A DNA stretch of 64,000 nt from Planctomycetota bacterium (GTDB lineage Bacteria > Planctomycetota > UBA8108 > SXIK01): the NCBI GenBank assembly GCA_965223265.1, contig OZ244999.1:6112001-6176000 (forward strand), given 5' to 3'. This document shows, piece by piece, positions 29,246 to 39,056 of the stretch. The position numbers and the translations under genes are program-made. Below the pieces are notes generated by a model. It saw only the letters and a program-made list of their open reading frames with translations. It was not told where the DNA came from and made no database searches. Positions within the stretch are counted from its first letter, which is position 1, and each line of letters starts with the position of its first letter.

Positions 29246-30602
29246 CTACGAGGACCGAATGTCCTTGGCATAGGGGAGGGTTCGCCTCTCAGTGCTCATG
29301 AGAGTGGAGATATCAGACTCCGGGATCTTGATGCGGTCGTCCTCGTAGAGCAAGAATCCCCTAATGATCTCGCGGTATTGCTGATTGCGGCTGAATAGAG
29401 CCAAGAACCGAATCGTAGCCTTCCGTCCGAGCTGTTGTTCCAAGTACTCCTGTGCCTTGGAAATAGTCTGTCCAGACGCGACTATGTCGTCGACGAGCAA
29501 CACCTCCAAAGACCGAGGGTTCGAAGCTTCGATGGCCGAGAGAAGCGCGTTGTTAACCGGGCTTTGAAACATCTCCAGAGGCTTGCTCCGGTTCGCCCAC
29601 AAGGAGAGAATCGGGGTCTTTTGAAAGAGTTCGCGTCCCAAGAGATCGGCGACGACAAGCCCCCCGTTGCTTATCCCAAGGACGACGTCTGGAACGTAGT
29701 TCGCGTCTATTACGTAGTCTTTGAGCCGCTTGACCACCGACTGAAGTCGCGCCCAGAACTCCCTCCACGGCATAACGCCAATAGGTCCAGCAAGTTCTTC
29801 GTGCGTGGACTCGTAAACGCCCGGAATTCGGACTTCCATATCCGGAAAGACGTCATAGACAAGACTGTCGCGAGGCTGCGTTCGCCCCGTGAACTCGTTG
29901 TATATTACATCCGCAAGCTCTTTGGCAGCCACGTCGAATGCCAACTTGTCATATGAAATCGCCCGATAGGCTGTGATATCGAATGGGATGCGAAAGGTTC
30001 GCCTTTCGCAAAAGAACTGTCGTCGACCTCCTGATCCCGTATCTCATTCCCAACTCAAAAAAAACGTTGGGGTTCATTCCCGTGATGTCGGTTATTGCAA
30101 TATCCGCGCTCGCAGTTCGCCGAACAATGTCTGCTGTGATCGAGCCGGTCGTTCGATTGTCAACCTCGCGCGTGACCACGATCGATCGACCGAGGCGTTC
30201 CTGAACTTGCTCCATCCCGCTGCAGATTATGTGTGTGTAAACGAAGTCCGCCTCCCGTACGCCCTCGTCATACTCGTCGTTCGCACCCGACGGCATGATG
30301 ACAAATGCCTCAAGTGGCTTCGTGTTCGTCGAAACGTCTTGGGCTTCTGATCTCGCCGTCTGCGGTCGTTGCTCTTGATCGGTCGAGCTTGGCGAGGGTT
30401 CCTCTTGCTCTGTGCGCGGAGCCGCGCCGCGCCTTCTCCTTCTGTTCGTTACCTCAGTCGTCCGCTTCTTCTTGCTCGTACCGGCTTTGGTCGCACGCGA
30501 CCGCTTCCTTTGGCCGTTGGCTCCTTCGGTCTCGCGTGCGCGTTTCTTCGAGGCACTCGCGGCTTTTGTCACACGAGATCCCGCATTGGTACCCTTGACC
30601 AT
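29246..30602 (-). pseudogene. Nucleoside 2-deoxyribosyltransferase(NDT)/TIR-like domain fused to a type I phosphoribosyltransferase, split by a +1 frameshift near 30000
   Basis: NDT motifs AFVIMP, ADIAITDITGMNPNVFFELG. The canonical tail IPFDITAYRAISY lies in the PRTase frame. PRTase motifs VLGISNGG, VLLVDDIVASGQT. Confidence 0.75.
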
Positions 30603-30919
30603 GGTGTGCTCCTTTCGGTCGCGACAGTCGAGGACGTATCAGTGTACCCCGTTGCCGAAGCGCAAAACAAGCGGCGCATTTTCTCCTTCTCTTCTTGGTT
30701 TCTTGCCTACCTGTTTGCCCTGACATTCTCATTGATGTGGTGGGGGTGCGGGCCGGGCGGTGAACGTTCTATCCTCTGAACCCCAGTGGTTCACAAGCGC
30801 ACACGTATCCTGAACCTCCCGAGCTGGGCTCCGCTTTCTGCGTGACTGGTGATCACGATGGGGATAGAGGGGCTCTGGGCTCCCCGCGCGAATCTCGATC
30901 TCATGTCTTCAGTTCGTTA

Positions 30920-31728
30920 GTTCGATTAGCCAGGGTGCCAGCAAGAACACGATCGCCACGTACAAGCGGCGCCTTCCTCTGCTGACGCAGCATCTCAACA
31001 GGAGCCACGGTGAGGAGATCACGAGTGCCGATCTCCCCGACTTCCTGTACGCGGTTCGGCTGAAGGCTGATGGCACTCCGAAGAACCAGAGGACGATCAA
31101 CTCGATCAAGACTGCCCTGAAGTCGTTCTTCAAGTCGCTGGGCCTCCAGGACAACCGCTGAGGATCTTCGGATCAAGCGGGTCCGTATCGAGCGTGACTA
31201 CATCACCGAGGACGAAGTTCGAGTGCTCCTCGCTGGCGTCGACAACGTCCGTGATCGGACAATCCTTGCTGTCCTGTGCTTCCTCTGCCTTCGTCGTGAA
31301 GAGCTCGTCGAACTCAAGGTCGTCGATGTTCAGGGACCGTCGCTTCGGATTTTCGGCAAGGGCGGAGTCGAAAGAAATTCCCGATCAGCACTGCAGTCCG
31401 GGCGCACCTCGATCAGCTGTTTCGCTGGAAGGAGGAACGCGGGGGTCACTCGATCCCACCGCCCCTCTGTTCGTCAGGCCGAAAGAGGAATCCGCTGTCC
31501 GAGTCGCAACTCTACAACGTCGCCCGCAAGTGGACTTACGAGCTTCTCGACAAGGAACTCTACCCGCACGCCCTGAGGCACACGTTCGCCTCCATGCTCG
31601 TCGCCAAGGACGTCAACCTCGCGACGATCCGGCGCCTGATGCGACACGCTTCGGTCAGCATGACCGAGGTCTACCTCCACATTTCGAACGAGCTGAAGGT
31701 GGAGGCCGTCGAGAGTCTTGCGGTGTGA
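30920..31728 (+). pseudogene. Tyrosine recombinase (XerC/D-like) with several frameshifts
   Basis: Pieces TINSIKTALKSFF / RDRTILAVL..LRREELV..GKGG / YPHALRHTFASML..LMRHASVSMTEVYLH. Confidence 0.85.
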
Positions 31729-31977
31729 GGAACGGCGACTTGATCTGTAAGCTGTCAAGACCCTCCCCAGCTTCACTCACTTCCGCTTGAGATTCAGTCG
31801 GAACTGTCCGCATAGGCATCGCAGGTCGACTGGATCTTTCTTCGGAGTCAAAGCAAGTCACGAGTCGCACTGAGGCTTCTCGCATCGAAACAAACTCAGA
31901 AGCTGCCGAAAGGCCGTCACGACCGGCTCAAAATCCTCCCTCGTCAGATTGGCCCACTCGTTGTAGTGAACCGCCTT

Positions 31978-32001
31978 GTTCGAACCCCGCCTGTACCGCC
32001 A
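31978..32001 (+). other. tRNA 3'-end-like fragment (att-site relic; Asp-like geometry)
   Basis: G-TTCGAAC-CCCGC-CTGTACC-G-CCA matches T-loop, 5-nt T-stem strand, 7-nt acceptor strand, discriminator and CCA. Confidence 0.45.
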
Positions 32002-32332
32002 GGGTTTCTGGTAAACCACTGCTCATCGAGCATCGTCCCCTCATTCCGACAATTCGACTCCCCACCATCGCCGCTTGTGTATAATATGCGGGCTGTTTCG
32101 ACGCTGGCAGTTTCCAGGTTGGCACCTCACAGCATCGGATCTCAGGTGAACGGTTTCGGTACCGCGGGGTACAGGGAGATCGGAGAGTGGACTGACCGCA
32201 CCGCGCCGGGTCGCGCCTGGGTTCTGGCCCGGCTTGCGACGAACCCAGTAGAGAAACATGATAGGCTGGATCTGCCGATCCATGACTACGAGGACTCGAT
32301 ACCAGTTCAAGTTGGGTCTTGACGAGGTGGCT

Positions 32333-35146
32333 ATGCAGGCAGCAGTGTTCGACCTCGACGGTGTAATCGTAGACAGTGAACGCATTCACTCGCGAGCATT
32401 CGAAACAGTGTTGCGCGGTTATATTACCGAGCTGCCCTCTGGGAAAAGAGGACTGATTCACGAGATTGGTATAAGCGAAAAGGAAAACTGGCGTCAATTG
32501 GTGAGAGATTACCAGTTGGACGTGGACGTTGACGAGTTAGTCCAGGAACGGCGCAAAATTTACCCGGACCTGATGCGCGAAGCGGAATTGCTGCCTGGGG
32601 TGCGGGAACTGCTGATGGAGATTATAGGCCAGGATGTCGCACTCGCGATTGCTTCGTCCACGTCTCTCGAAAACATAGAGACCGTGTTGAAGACGCACGA
32701 GCTTCGCACGTTCTTTGACGCCATCGTATCAGCAGACCAAGTATCGAGCGGGAAGCCGGATCCAAAGATCTATCTCGAGGCCGCGCAAAGACTGAACGCT
32801 TCTCCGCAGCTATGTGTCGCGTTCGAAGATTCCGCTACTGGAGTACGTGCGGCTGTCGAGGCAGGTATGTTTGTCGTAGCCGTCCCAGTTTACGTATCTG
32901 AGAATGACGTCGAAGAGGCCGACGTTGTGCTCAAGTCGCTGAAAGGTGTCCGGTGGGGAGATCTGTGTGAAAAGGCTCGCTTCTCGGGAGTTCTGAACCG
33001 AAAGGAGACCCCCTTTCTCGTGGCTCCGTACGCTAAGAGAGTTGGGCAGGAGTTCGTCTTCGCAGTCCAGCGGAGGAAAAAGACACCACGAGTTTTCGTC
33101 GTCGGGGATACCCCTTGGGATCAGTTTTGGATTGGCCGCCCCGCGCAAACCTATCAGTCACACAGCAAGAGTGGTCTGGAGTATCCGCAATTGCGGATTT
33201 CCGAGAAGACCAAGCAGTACGGTCGGCCGGGTACCGTTTTCGCCGTAGCGAAAGTTCTTCGGGAGTTCGGTGCGGAGGTCGTCGTCCTTACATGGACAGG
33301 ACACGATGACCACGGAGAGAGTATTAGGCGTGAGTACATCGACCTCGGCGTCAAATTGGTCGATATTCGGCTCGACTGTCCGACCTGCGTGCACCATTTC
33401 ATTTTGAGAGCGGTCCCGGGTGAGACGAGGGACGGCGGAGGTCTCGAAGTGATCTTGCGGATGAACTATGAAGATGAGGCGGTCGGAGTTCGTTTTCAGG
33501 GCAATGGGTCCTCCGCCGACTGGAAGCCGCGTGTGTGCGCTGCCCTGCAGAGCAGTGACTACGTAGTGATCAACGACATTCATCGAGGAACACTGTCGTG
33601 GATCGCGGATAGTGGATCAGCCGATTCGTCCGAGGCGCTTCAACTGATTCGCGAGCAGTACGACCATCTGGGATACGATCGCCCTGTCACTATTTTGGAC
33701 GTGCGAAAGTCACTCACACCCTATGCGTCGTTGCCCATCGACGTTCTTGCCGCCTCGGGCTACGAAATCGCGGGTTTTTTGAATCCGAGATGGATTCAGC
33801 GGTCCGACATAGACGATGTCGCTGGATACGGACTCGATGAAGAGGAGTTTATCAAGCTGATCGAGCGTTTCCCACAGATCGGTATGGTATCTTTGACGCG
33901 CGGTTGGAAGGGGGTGCAGCTCGGAGTGAAAACTAACCGCGGTATGATTTGTGTGTCGGACATCGAGGCATTCACTTCAGAGTCCCAGAGCGTTACCCCG
34001 CACGCTGGCGACTTCTTCGACGCTGGTCTTGTTCTCGGCCATTGGACCTCACAGCGATTCCAAGACGCCGTACTTCTCGCTCAGACGCTGGCGAGTTGTC
34101 AGGTTGAGTTTGGAGGGGTCGAGATTGTCAATTTCGAGACGGCTCTTTCCCAACTCGAGAACAACGTGTTTCCGCGCAAAGACTCCCGAGTGATTAGCAA
34201 ATTCGAGATCGAGGAGTCACGGTCAAACCGAGTTCTCGCTGTGTTGGAGCATGTTCGAAGCGAGTCGGTGATCGACCTCGAGCGAAACCAACTAGGGAAC
34301 CTGTTTGCATGCTTTCATCTCGGTGAGATGTATAGACGACTGAAGACGCTTACCCAGTCTTATGGAGAAGGGGAGAAGACGTTGTTAGTGGTGTCTGGGG
34401 AAACCGGCGCGTGCAAGACTGACTTCGCGCAGGCTCTCGGAGTAGAGATCCTTGCGAGCCGAGAATTGACGCTGGAACAGGCGAAAATCGCTGTGGTTGA
34501 CAAGTGCACCAAGAAATGGTCCGACGTGTTCGGTGATCCCGATCCTCGCGAATCTCTCTCCCAGATGTTGAGCGAGACGGCCGAATACGGCGTGTTACTC
34601 ATCGATGAATTCCGAGAGAATCAAGAAGCTGGGCAGGCTCTTCTCGAACTGATCGATTCCCCAAAGTTTTTCGGCAAAGCAAAGTTGATCGTCGTCGGCT
34701 CAGCACTGGTGGGAATGTCCAAGGCGAGCGAGAACCCCTGGGCGGACCTCGTAAGCCGAGCGCACGATTTTGTTGAGATGCCGGCGTGGAAAGGCGACGC
34801 AATCGAAGACTTTCCGTATTGGTTTGCGAAAGCGTGCGAGTGGAGTCTTGCAGACGGCCAACCAGGACTGAAACCGGAGATTCAGTTAACGGTGGAACTG
34901 AGTGCATTGCACCATCTGATGATTCAATTCGAGGCAATCGAGAACGCGGTGAAGAAAAAGAACTATCGCGTGCTGGATACCCTGCTGTCGCCGGACGGAG
35001 TCCAGTGGCGAAACGGCTTGACTCTCAAAGCAGTACGACAATTCACAGAACGATTGGGGATTCCGAGTCCCTCGGCTTCGGTCGAACCGCCGTCCGGATT
35101 CTCCGTACGTGTACCCGTCCGACTTCCGCCGCCGAACTCAGCGTAG
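32333..35146 (+). CDS. HAD phosphatase - PfkB/RfaE-like kinase - sigma54-activator-like AAA+ fusion protein
   Basis: HAD: AVFDLDGVIVDSE, IASST, GKPDPKIY, FEDSATG. PfkB: VVGD, SLTRGWKG, HAGDFFDAG. AAA+: SGETGACKT, VLLIDEF, ADLVSR, NYRVL. GAGGTGG RBS before ATG 32333. Confidence 0.8.
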   Translation: MQAAVFDLDGVIVDSERIHSRAFETVLRGYITELPSGKRGLIHEIGISEKENWRQLVRDYQLDVDVDELVQERRKIYPDLMREAELLPGVRELLMEIIGQDVALAIASSTSLENIETVLKTHELRTFFDAIVSADQVSSGKPDPKIYLEAAQRLNASPQLCVAFEDSATGVRAAVEAGMFVVAVPVYVSENDVEEADVVLKSLKGVRWGDLCEKARFSGVLNRKETPFLVAPYAKRVGQEFVFAVQRRKKTPRVFVVGDTPWDQFWIGRPAQTYQSHSKSGLEYPQLRISEKTKQYGRPGTVFAVAKVLREFGAEVVVLTWTGHDDHGESIRREYIDLGVKLVDIRLDCPTCVHHFILRAVPGETRDGGGLEVILRMNYEDEAVGVRFQGNGSSADWKPRVCAALQSSDYVVINDIHRGTLSWIADSGSADSSEALQLIREQYDHLGYDRPVTILDVRKSLTPYASLPIDVLAASGYEIAGFLNPRWIQRSDIDDVAGYGLDEEEFIKLIERFPQIGMVSLTRGWKGVQLGVKTNRGMICVSDIEAFTSESQSVTPHAGDFFDAGLVLGHWTSQRFQDAVLLAQTLASCQVEFGGVEIVNFETALSQLENNVFPRKDSRVISKFEIEESRSNRVLAVLEHVRSESVIDLERNQLGNLFACFHLGEMYRRLKTLTQSYGEGEKTLLVVSGETGACKTDFAQALGVEILASRELTLEQAKIAVVDKCTKKWSDVFGDPDPRESLSQMLSETAEYGVLLIDEFRENQEAGQALLELIDSPKFFGKAKLIVVGSALVGMSKASENPWADLVSRAHDFVEMPAWKGDAIEDFPYWFAKACEWSLADGQPGLKPEIQLTVELSALHHLMIQFEAIENAVKKKNYRVLDTLLSPDGVQWRNGLTLKAVRQFTERLGIPSPSASVEPPSGFSVRVPVRLPPPNSA

Positions 35147-35563
35147 AAGAATGTCGGTGAGTTGATCACGGTTCTACCGCGCAGCATCTGACTTTTCGTA
35201 AGCCTCCGACCGTCCACGTGGCCTGATGTTGTGTTGCCAGCGCACACGACGATCGTATACCGGTATACGAAACGATACAAAATCACCGTGAATCGAGCAC
35301 GATTGTTGCAACCAGGGGTGCATCGAGGTACATTGCTACGCAACGAGTTGCGACTTCCAAGCAAGCCCTCTGAGAGTCTTACAAGGTGGAAGTTCCCAGT
35401 TCGAGTCTGGGCATGTCCACCACCGATAAACGGCCCCGCAACAGGTTGTTGCGGGGCTCTTCCTTTGATAGCGCGAGCGGCTGCATGAGTCCACGCACTG
35501 GGTTCACTCAACGAAGCAGCGCAAGAGCACGCTACTGATCGTCGACCCCACGCGCCCTACGAA

Positions 35564-35749
35564 CTATTCCCTCGTCGCCGCCGCCAGGATCAACCGCCGC
35601 ATCCACTCCGCCACGGTGAGTCCCTCGCGCTCGGCGACGCGCGTGATCAATCGGTGCTCCGCATCGGTGACGCGAAGGTTGACGATCTTGCCTTTGTACT
35701 TTGATCTCGCGATCTTGGGTCGTCCTCTTTTCTTCTTTTTCTTTGTCAT
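35564..35749 (-). CDS. Ribbon-helix-helix protein with AT-hook-like N-terminus (MobC/CopG-like)
   Basis: KRGRPK, then IVNLRVTDAEHRLITRVAEREGLTVAEWMR. AT-rich upstream region. Confidence 0.75.
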   Translation of the reverse strand: MTKKKKKRGRPKIARSKYKGKIVNLRVTDAEHRLITRVAEREGLTVAEWMRRLILAAATRE

Positions 35750-36122
35750 TATTAGATTCTATAGTAAAGTTTCTGATGTACAAAATATTTTGTTGAAATA
35801 TGTTCGTTAGAACTTAAAGTTATAGTAGTGCAGTTGATCGTGCGCTGAAGAGATGCTCGCGGTGATTGATCCGTGCTTTCTCTTCTTCGCACACTGACGT
35901 GTGAGCGTCGGCGGCACAGTGGGATGCTTCTTCGGAAGAGCGCAGATGTGGTTCGTTTGCCCTTCTCGACGAAGCCAGCATCACGCAGTGCTGCGCGTGC
36001 TCAACTGCGACCACAACGGCGTTCTCCTTGGACGGTCCGGGAGAACAAGAAAGCGGAGCTCCGCCAAACGTCTTGGCGGACAAGCAGAGCTCCAATCACC
36101 ACCACCTTTTCAGGAGGCAGCT

Positions 36123-37127
36123 ATGCCAAACTCTACCGTCGCTTCTACCCGTCCCGCAACTTTTGCATCGGAACGATTCGATGTGGGAGGCGCTTCAGGC
36201 GCTTCACCCCTACCGGATGCAGAAGCGACAGCTCGCACGGCGGCGACCGTCGGCGGCAATGAAGATCGCCTCGGTGCCAACGCCACCGGCGCCTACAGAC
36301 CGGCTTCCATCACCGACGCCGACCTTGCCGCTTTCGAAGCCGCCCTTCCCAACGTCGTTCGGCTCCGCCGCCTTGCCCTCAGCGCGACGGCGCGAAGCGA
36401 CTGGACAAGCGTTGGGGGCCAGCCCTATCTTGGCACAGCCGGCTGCATGAAGATTGCCGCGCTTTTCGGCGTCAGCCTCACCGGCACACGCGTTCAGGCT
36501 GCACGCGACGACGCTGGCGTAAGCGACGTCATCCGCTACGTCGCCCGCACAACCGCCCGCTTCCTTGGCCGCCGAGTTGAAGTTGAAGGCGTGGCCAGCT
36601 CGAGCGAGAGCTTCTTCTCACGCCGCCGCGGCAAGAGATTGCCGCTCTCGGAGATCGATCTGAGCGCGGTGCGCAAGAAGGCCGTCACGAACGCCCAAAT
36701 CCGCGCCGTCAAATGCATCCTCGGGCTTGGCGGCATCACCTGGGACGAAGTGCGCGCCGCCGGCGTCACGAAGGACGGGGTTGCCGCCGTCGACTTCGGT
36801 CGCCGCGGCGAGCGTGAATCCCGCGCGGCAGCACACCAACCGGCCGGCGCTGTCACGAAACGACAGCCACGTCGGCTCGACCCAGCCCGACGGCGCCTCT
36901 ATAACATCCTCCTTGAGCTCGGCACCCACCAGCAGGTGCGCTTCGATGAATCCTTACGCCACTACTCACGCCGCCGCGGCGCCCATGGCGAGAGCCAGTG
37001 CGCCGAGCGGATCAGCGATCTGGACGCGGCCTGGCTGCAGGAGACCCTCGAGCGCGCCGAGCACGACTGGCGCGAGATCCCCGTGGGGCAGCTTGCCAGC
37101 CGCATCAAACTGGAGCAAGGCGACTGA
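36123..37127 (+). CDS. Phage-type single-strand annealing (Rad52/Sak-like) protein
   Basis: AGGAGG RBS. Pattern PYLGTAGCMKIAALFG..EVEGVASS..AVRKKAVTNAQIRAV resembles phage SSAP folds. Confidence 0.5.
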   Translation: MPNSTVASTRPATFASERFDVGGASGASPLPDAEATARTAATVGGNEDRLGANATGAYRPASITDADLAAFEAALPNVVRLRRLALSATARSDWTSVGGQPYLGTAGCMKIAALFGVSLTGTRVQAARDDAGVSDVIRYVARTTARFLGRRVEVEGVASSSESFFSRRRGKRLPLSEIDLSAVRKKAVTNAQIRAVKCILGLGGITWDEVRAAGVTKDGVAAVDFGRRGERESRAAAHQPAGAVTKRQPRRLDPARRRLYNILLELGTHQQVRFDESLRHYSRRRGAHGESQCAERISDLDAAWLQETLERAEHDWREIPVGQLASRIKLEQGD

Positions 37128-37473
37128 CCACGCCCTTGGCGACGGCCACATGAACTGAGAGCTGCGCGTGGTGAGCCGGAGCACCACGCGCCCTCTCCCC
37201 CGGCGCTGCGCGCTGCTGGTGGCGAGGCCGCATCCGCGGGCGTAGCGCAGCGGCGTCTGAGCGAACGACGCCTCGCGGCGTTCGCGGCTCGCCGCGGAGC
37301 GAAGACCGAGGACGGCCCGAGCCGCCAGCGGCGCGCAGCGCCGGGGGAGAGGGCGCTCGTTCGTCGTTCAACCCATCTCGTTTGATCAACTGGGTTTCGC
37401 TCTGACCCACTCGGCTACCAATCGTCACGTCGAAAAAAACTTCCCAGATTCCGTTTCGCACATCCGCCGTTTG

Positions 37474-37491
37474 CGGCAACTAAGAGGTGGA
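37474..37491 (+). promoter_or_regulatory. Promoter-like motif, copy D (CGGCAACTAAGAGGTGGA)
   Basis: 18-nt exact match to copies A and C; upstream box diverged. Confidence 0.55.
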
Positions 37492-37588
37492 AGCGTGCAT
37501 CGCGCACGCTCGCGTCACTCTTTCGACACTCTCTCGCACTCTTCAGGAGGCTTCTTTGCTCAGCGTACCTTTTCCGACCCGCTCGCTC

Positions 37589-38032
37589 ATGACAATCTCC
37601 GTGACGCTCACGGCGCTGCTCTTCATCGCCATCTCCGCTTCATGCATCTCGCTCTTTCGACCCGCGGCCCGGAGCCCCCACCAGCTCCATCGACCCGACG
37701 GCACCACCGTCGTCTGCTATGAACCGCCGGCCGAGGTCGTGCCTAGCGCCGTGAGAGCGCGAATCGACGCCAAGATTCCCGACGTCATCGAGGTCCTCGA
37801 AGCGCAGCTTGAGATCGAGGAGACGTTCGTTCGCATCCGCTCGGAGGTTCACAATCTGCAGGCTGTCGAAGCGCTCGAGTTTCGTCTCTGCGCCGCCTGG
37901 GCACAGGGGGTTCTCAGTGAGGAGCTCTACCGCGAGTTCCTGTTTGAGGTGTTGCCGCTTCTGCGAGAAGCGTGTCGCGACGAAGACGCGACGGCAACGA
38001 CGGTGCTGTTCGTGGAGGGTTCAGAACGGTGA
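37589..38032 (+). CDS. Hypothetical exported/lipoprotein
   Basis: Hydrophobic leader ending ISASC. Start uncertain (GTG 37487 possible). Confidence 0.5.
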   Translation: MTISVTLTALLFIAISASCISLFRPAARSPHQLHRPDGTTVVCYEPPAEVVPSAVRARIDAKIPDVIEVLEAQLEIEETFVRIRSEVHNLQAVEALEFRLCAAWAQGVLSEELYREFLFEVLPLLREACRDEDATATTVLFVEGSER

Positions 38033-38301
38033 CTACCCAGCACAACGACGCGCAAATCGAACTTCCCGACGCTTTCCGGCTCTTCTCCGTGCAGCAAGTC
38101 GCTCACATTCTGCAGGTGCGCGAATCCGTCGTTCGCAAACTCATCTTCGAGGGCAAGCTCAGCGCCACCCGCGTTGGCGTGCTGATCCGTGTGTCGCAAG
38201 CTGCCCTCGAACGATTTCTCGTAGAAAACCCCTGCACTGCGCCGGACGCGCGCCGAGATCCCTGGCGGCATCGACGGGCACTCACCAAGCGCACGAAATA
38301 G
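38029..38301 (+). CDS. Excisionase-like HTH protein
   Basis: LFSVQQVAHILQVRESVVRKLIFEGKLSATRVGVLIRV; GTGA overlap with the upstream gene. Confidence 0.8.
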   Translation: MTTQHNDAQIELPDAFRLFSVQQVAHILQVRESVVRKLIFEGKLSATRVGVLIRVSQAALERFLVENPCTAPDARRDPWRHRRALTKRTK

Positions 38302-38524
38302 CACCAAAGCACGTGGCGTCGCTCCCACATCCGAGGCTGACAACAGACGCTCGACGCACCTACGCGTCACTAGCTCCTCGCTCGCGGTCCGAATTCGAGC
38401 GCGCTGACGCACAGCTCAGCCCCCACGCCGAGCCGCAGATCCACCGTCGCCACCCGAATCGGCCACGCCCCAACCCCAGCCGCCGAAGGCGAAATTCACA
38501 GACAACATACAGACAAACAAAGAA

Positions 38525-38558
38525 ACAAGGACCTACGGTCGATGCCGTAAGTCCTTGT
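38525..38558. other. Hairpin immediately 3' of the tRNA (terminator / att-arm-like)
   Basis: ACAAGGAC-CTACGG...CCGTAA-GTCCTTGT imperfect inverted repeat. Confidence 0.55.
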
Positions 38559-38564
38559 AGCGAT

Positions 38565-38642
38565 TGGTCGGGGTGACTGGATTCGAACCAACGACCTCCT
38601 GCTCCCAAAGCAGGCGCTCTAGCCAAGCTGAGCTACACCCCG
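38565..38642 (-). tRNA. tRNA-Pro (TGG)
   Basis: rc CGGGGTG TAGCTCAGCTTGGCTAGAGC G CCTGC TT TGG GA GCAGG ... GGTTCGAATCC ... CACCCCG A CCA. Confidence 0.97.
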
Positions 38643-39056
38643 AGAGTGCGGCAGACGAGAATCTTGGCGCGACGTGTCGGCGCCGTCAAGCCCCTTCCTT
38701 TGATGTTGTCATGCCGTCGGTGCGGCCGGAAGCACGACGGCCGACACGCGTCGCTGATCGAGCGCGGCCTGCCATGATGCTTGACGAGAACTTCTCCGGC
38801 TGGCCGAGCTCGTGGTTCTTCTACGACGAGACTGGCCTCGGGCTGACGGAGCGCATGACTCCTTCTGCGACGCGGCGGCCGCGTCGTATCTGGCGCAAGT
38901 CGGCGCAACCCGCGTGCTGCAGCCGGGCGTCGCACCCGCGGCGCGGGCAAGGCAGAAACACTTAGAGACGCGTGTCGCACACGGGCACTCCCCGCGATCG
39001 ACACAGCCGCGCCTCGCCCAAACTGCGCGCCGCAAGCGCGCAGCACGCCCGCCGAC

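Noticed and set aside
31966-32322. Small ORF just upstream of the HAD-PfkB-AAA gene
   Set aside because: No clear RBS or motif; it overlaps the att-like fragment and a TGTATAAT promoter-like element.
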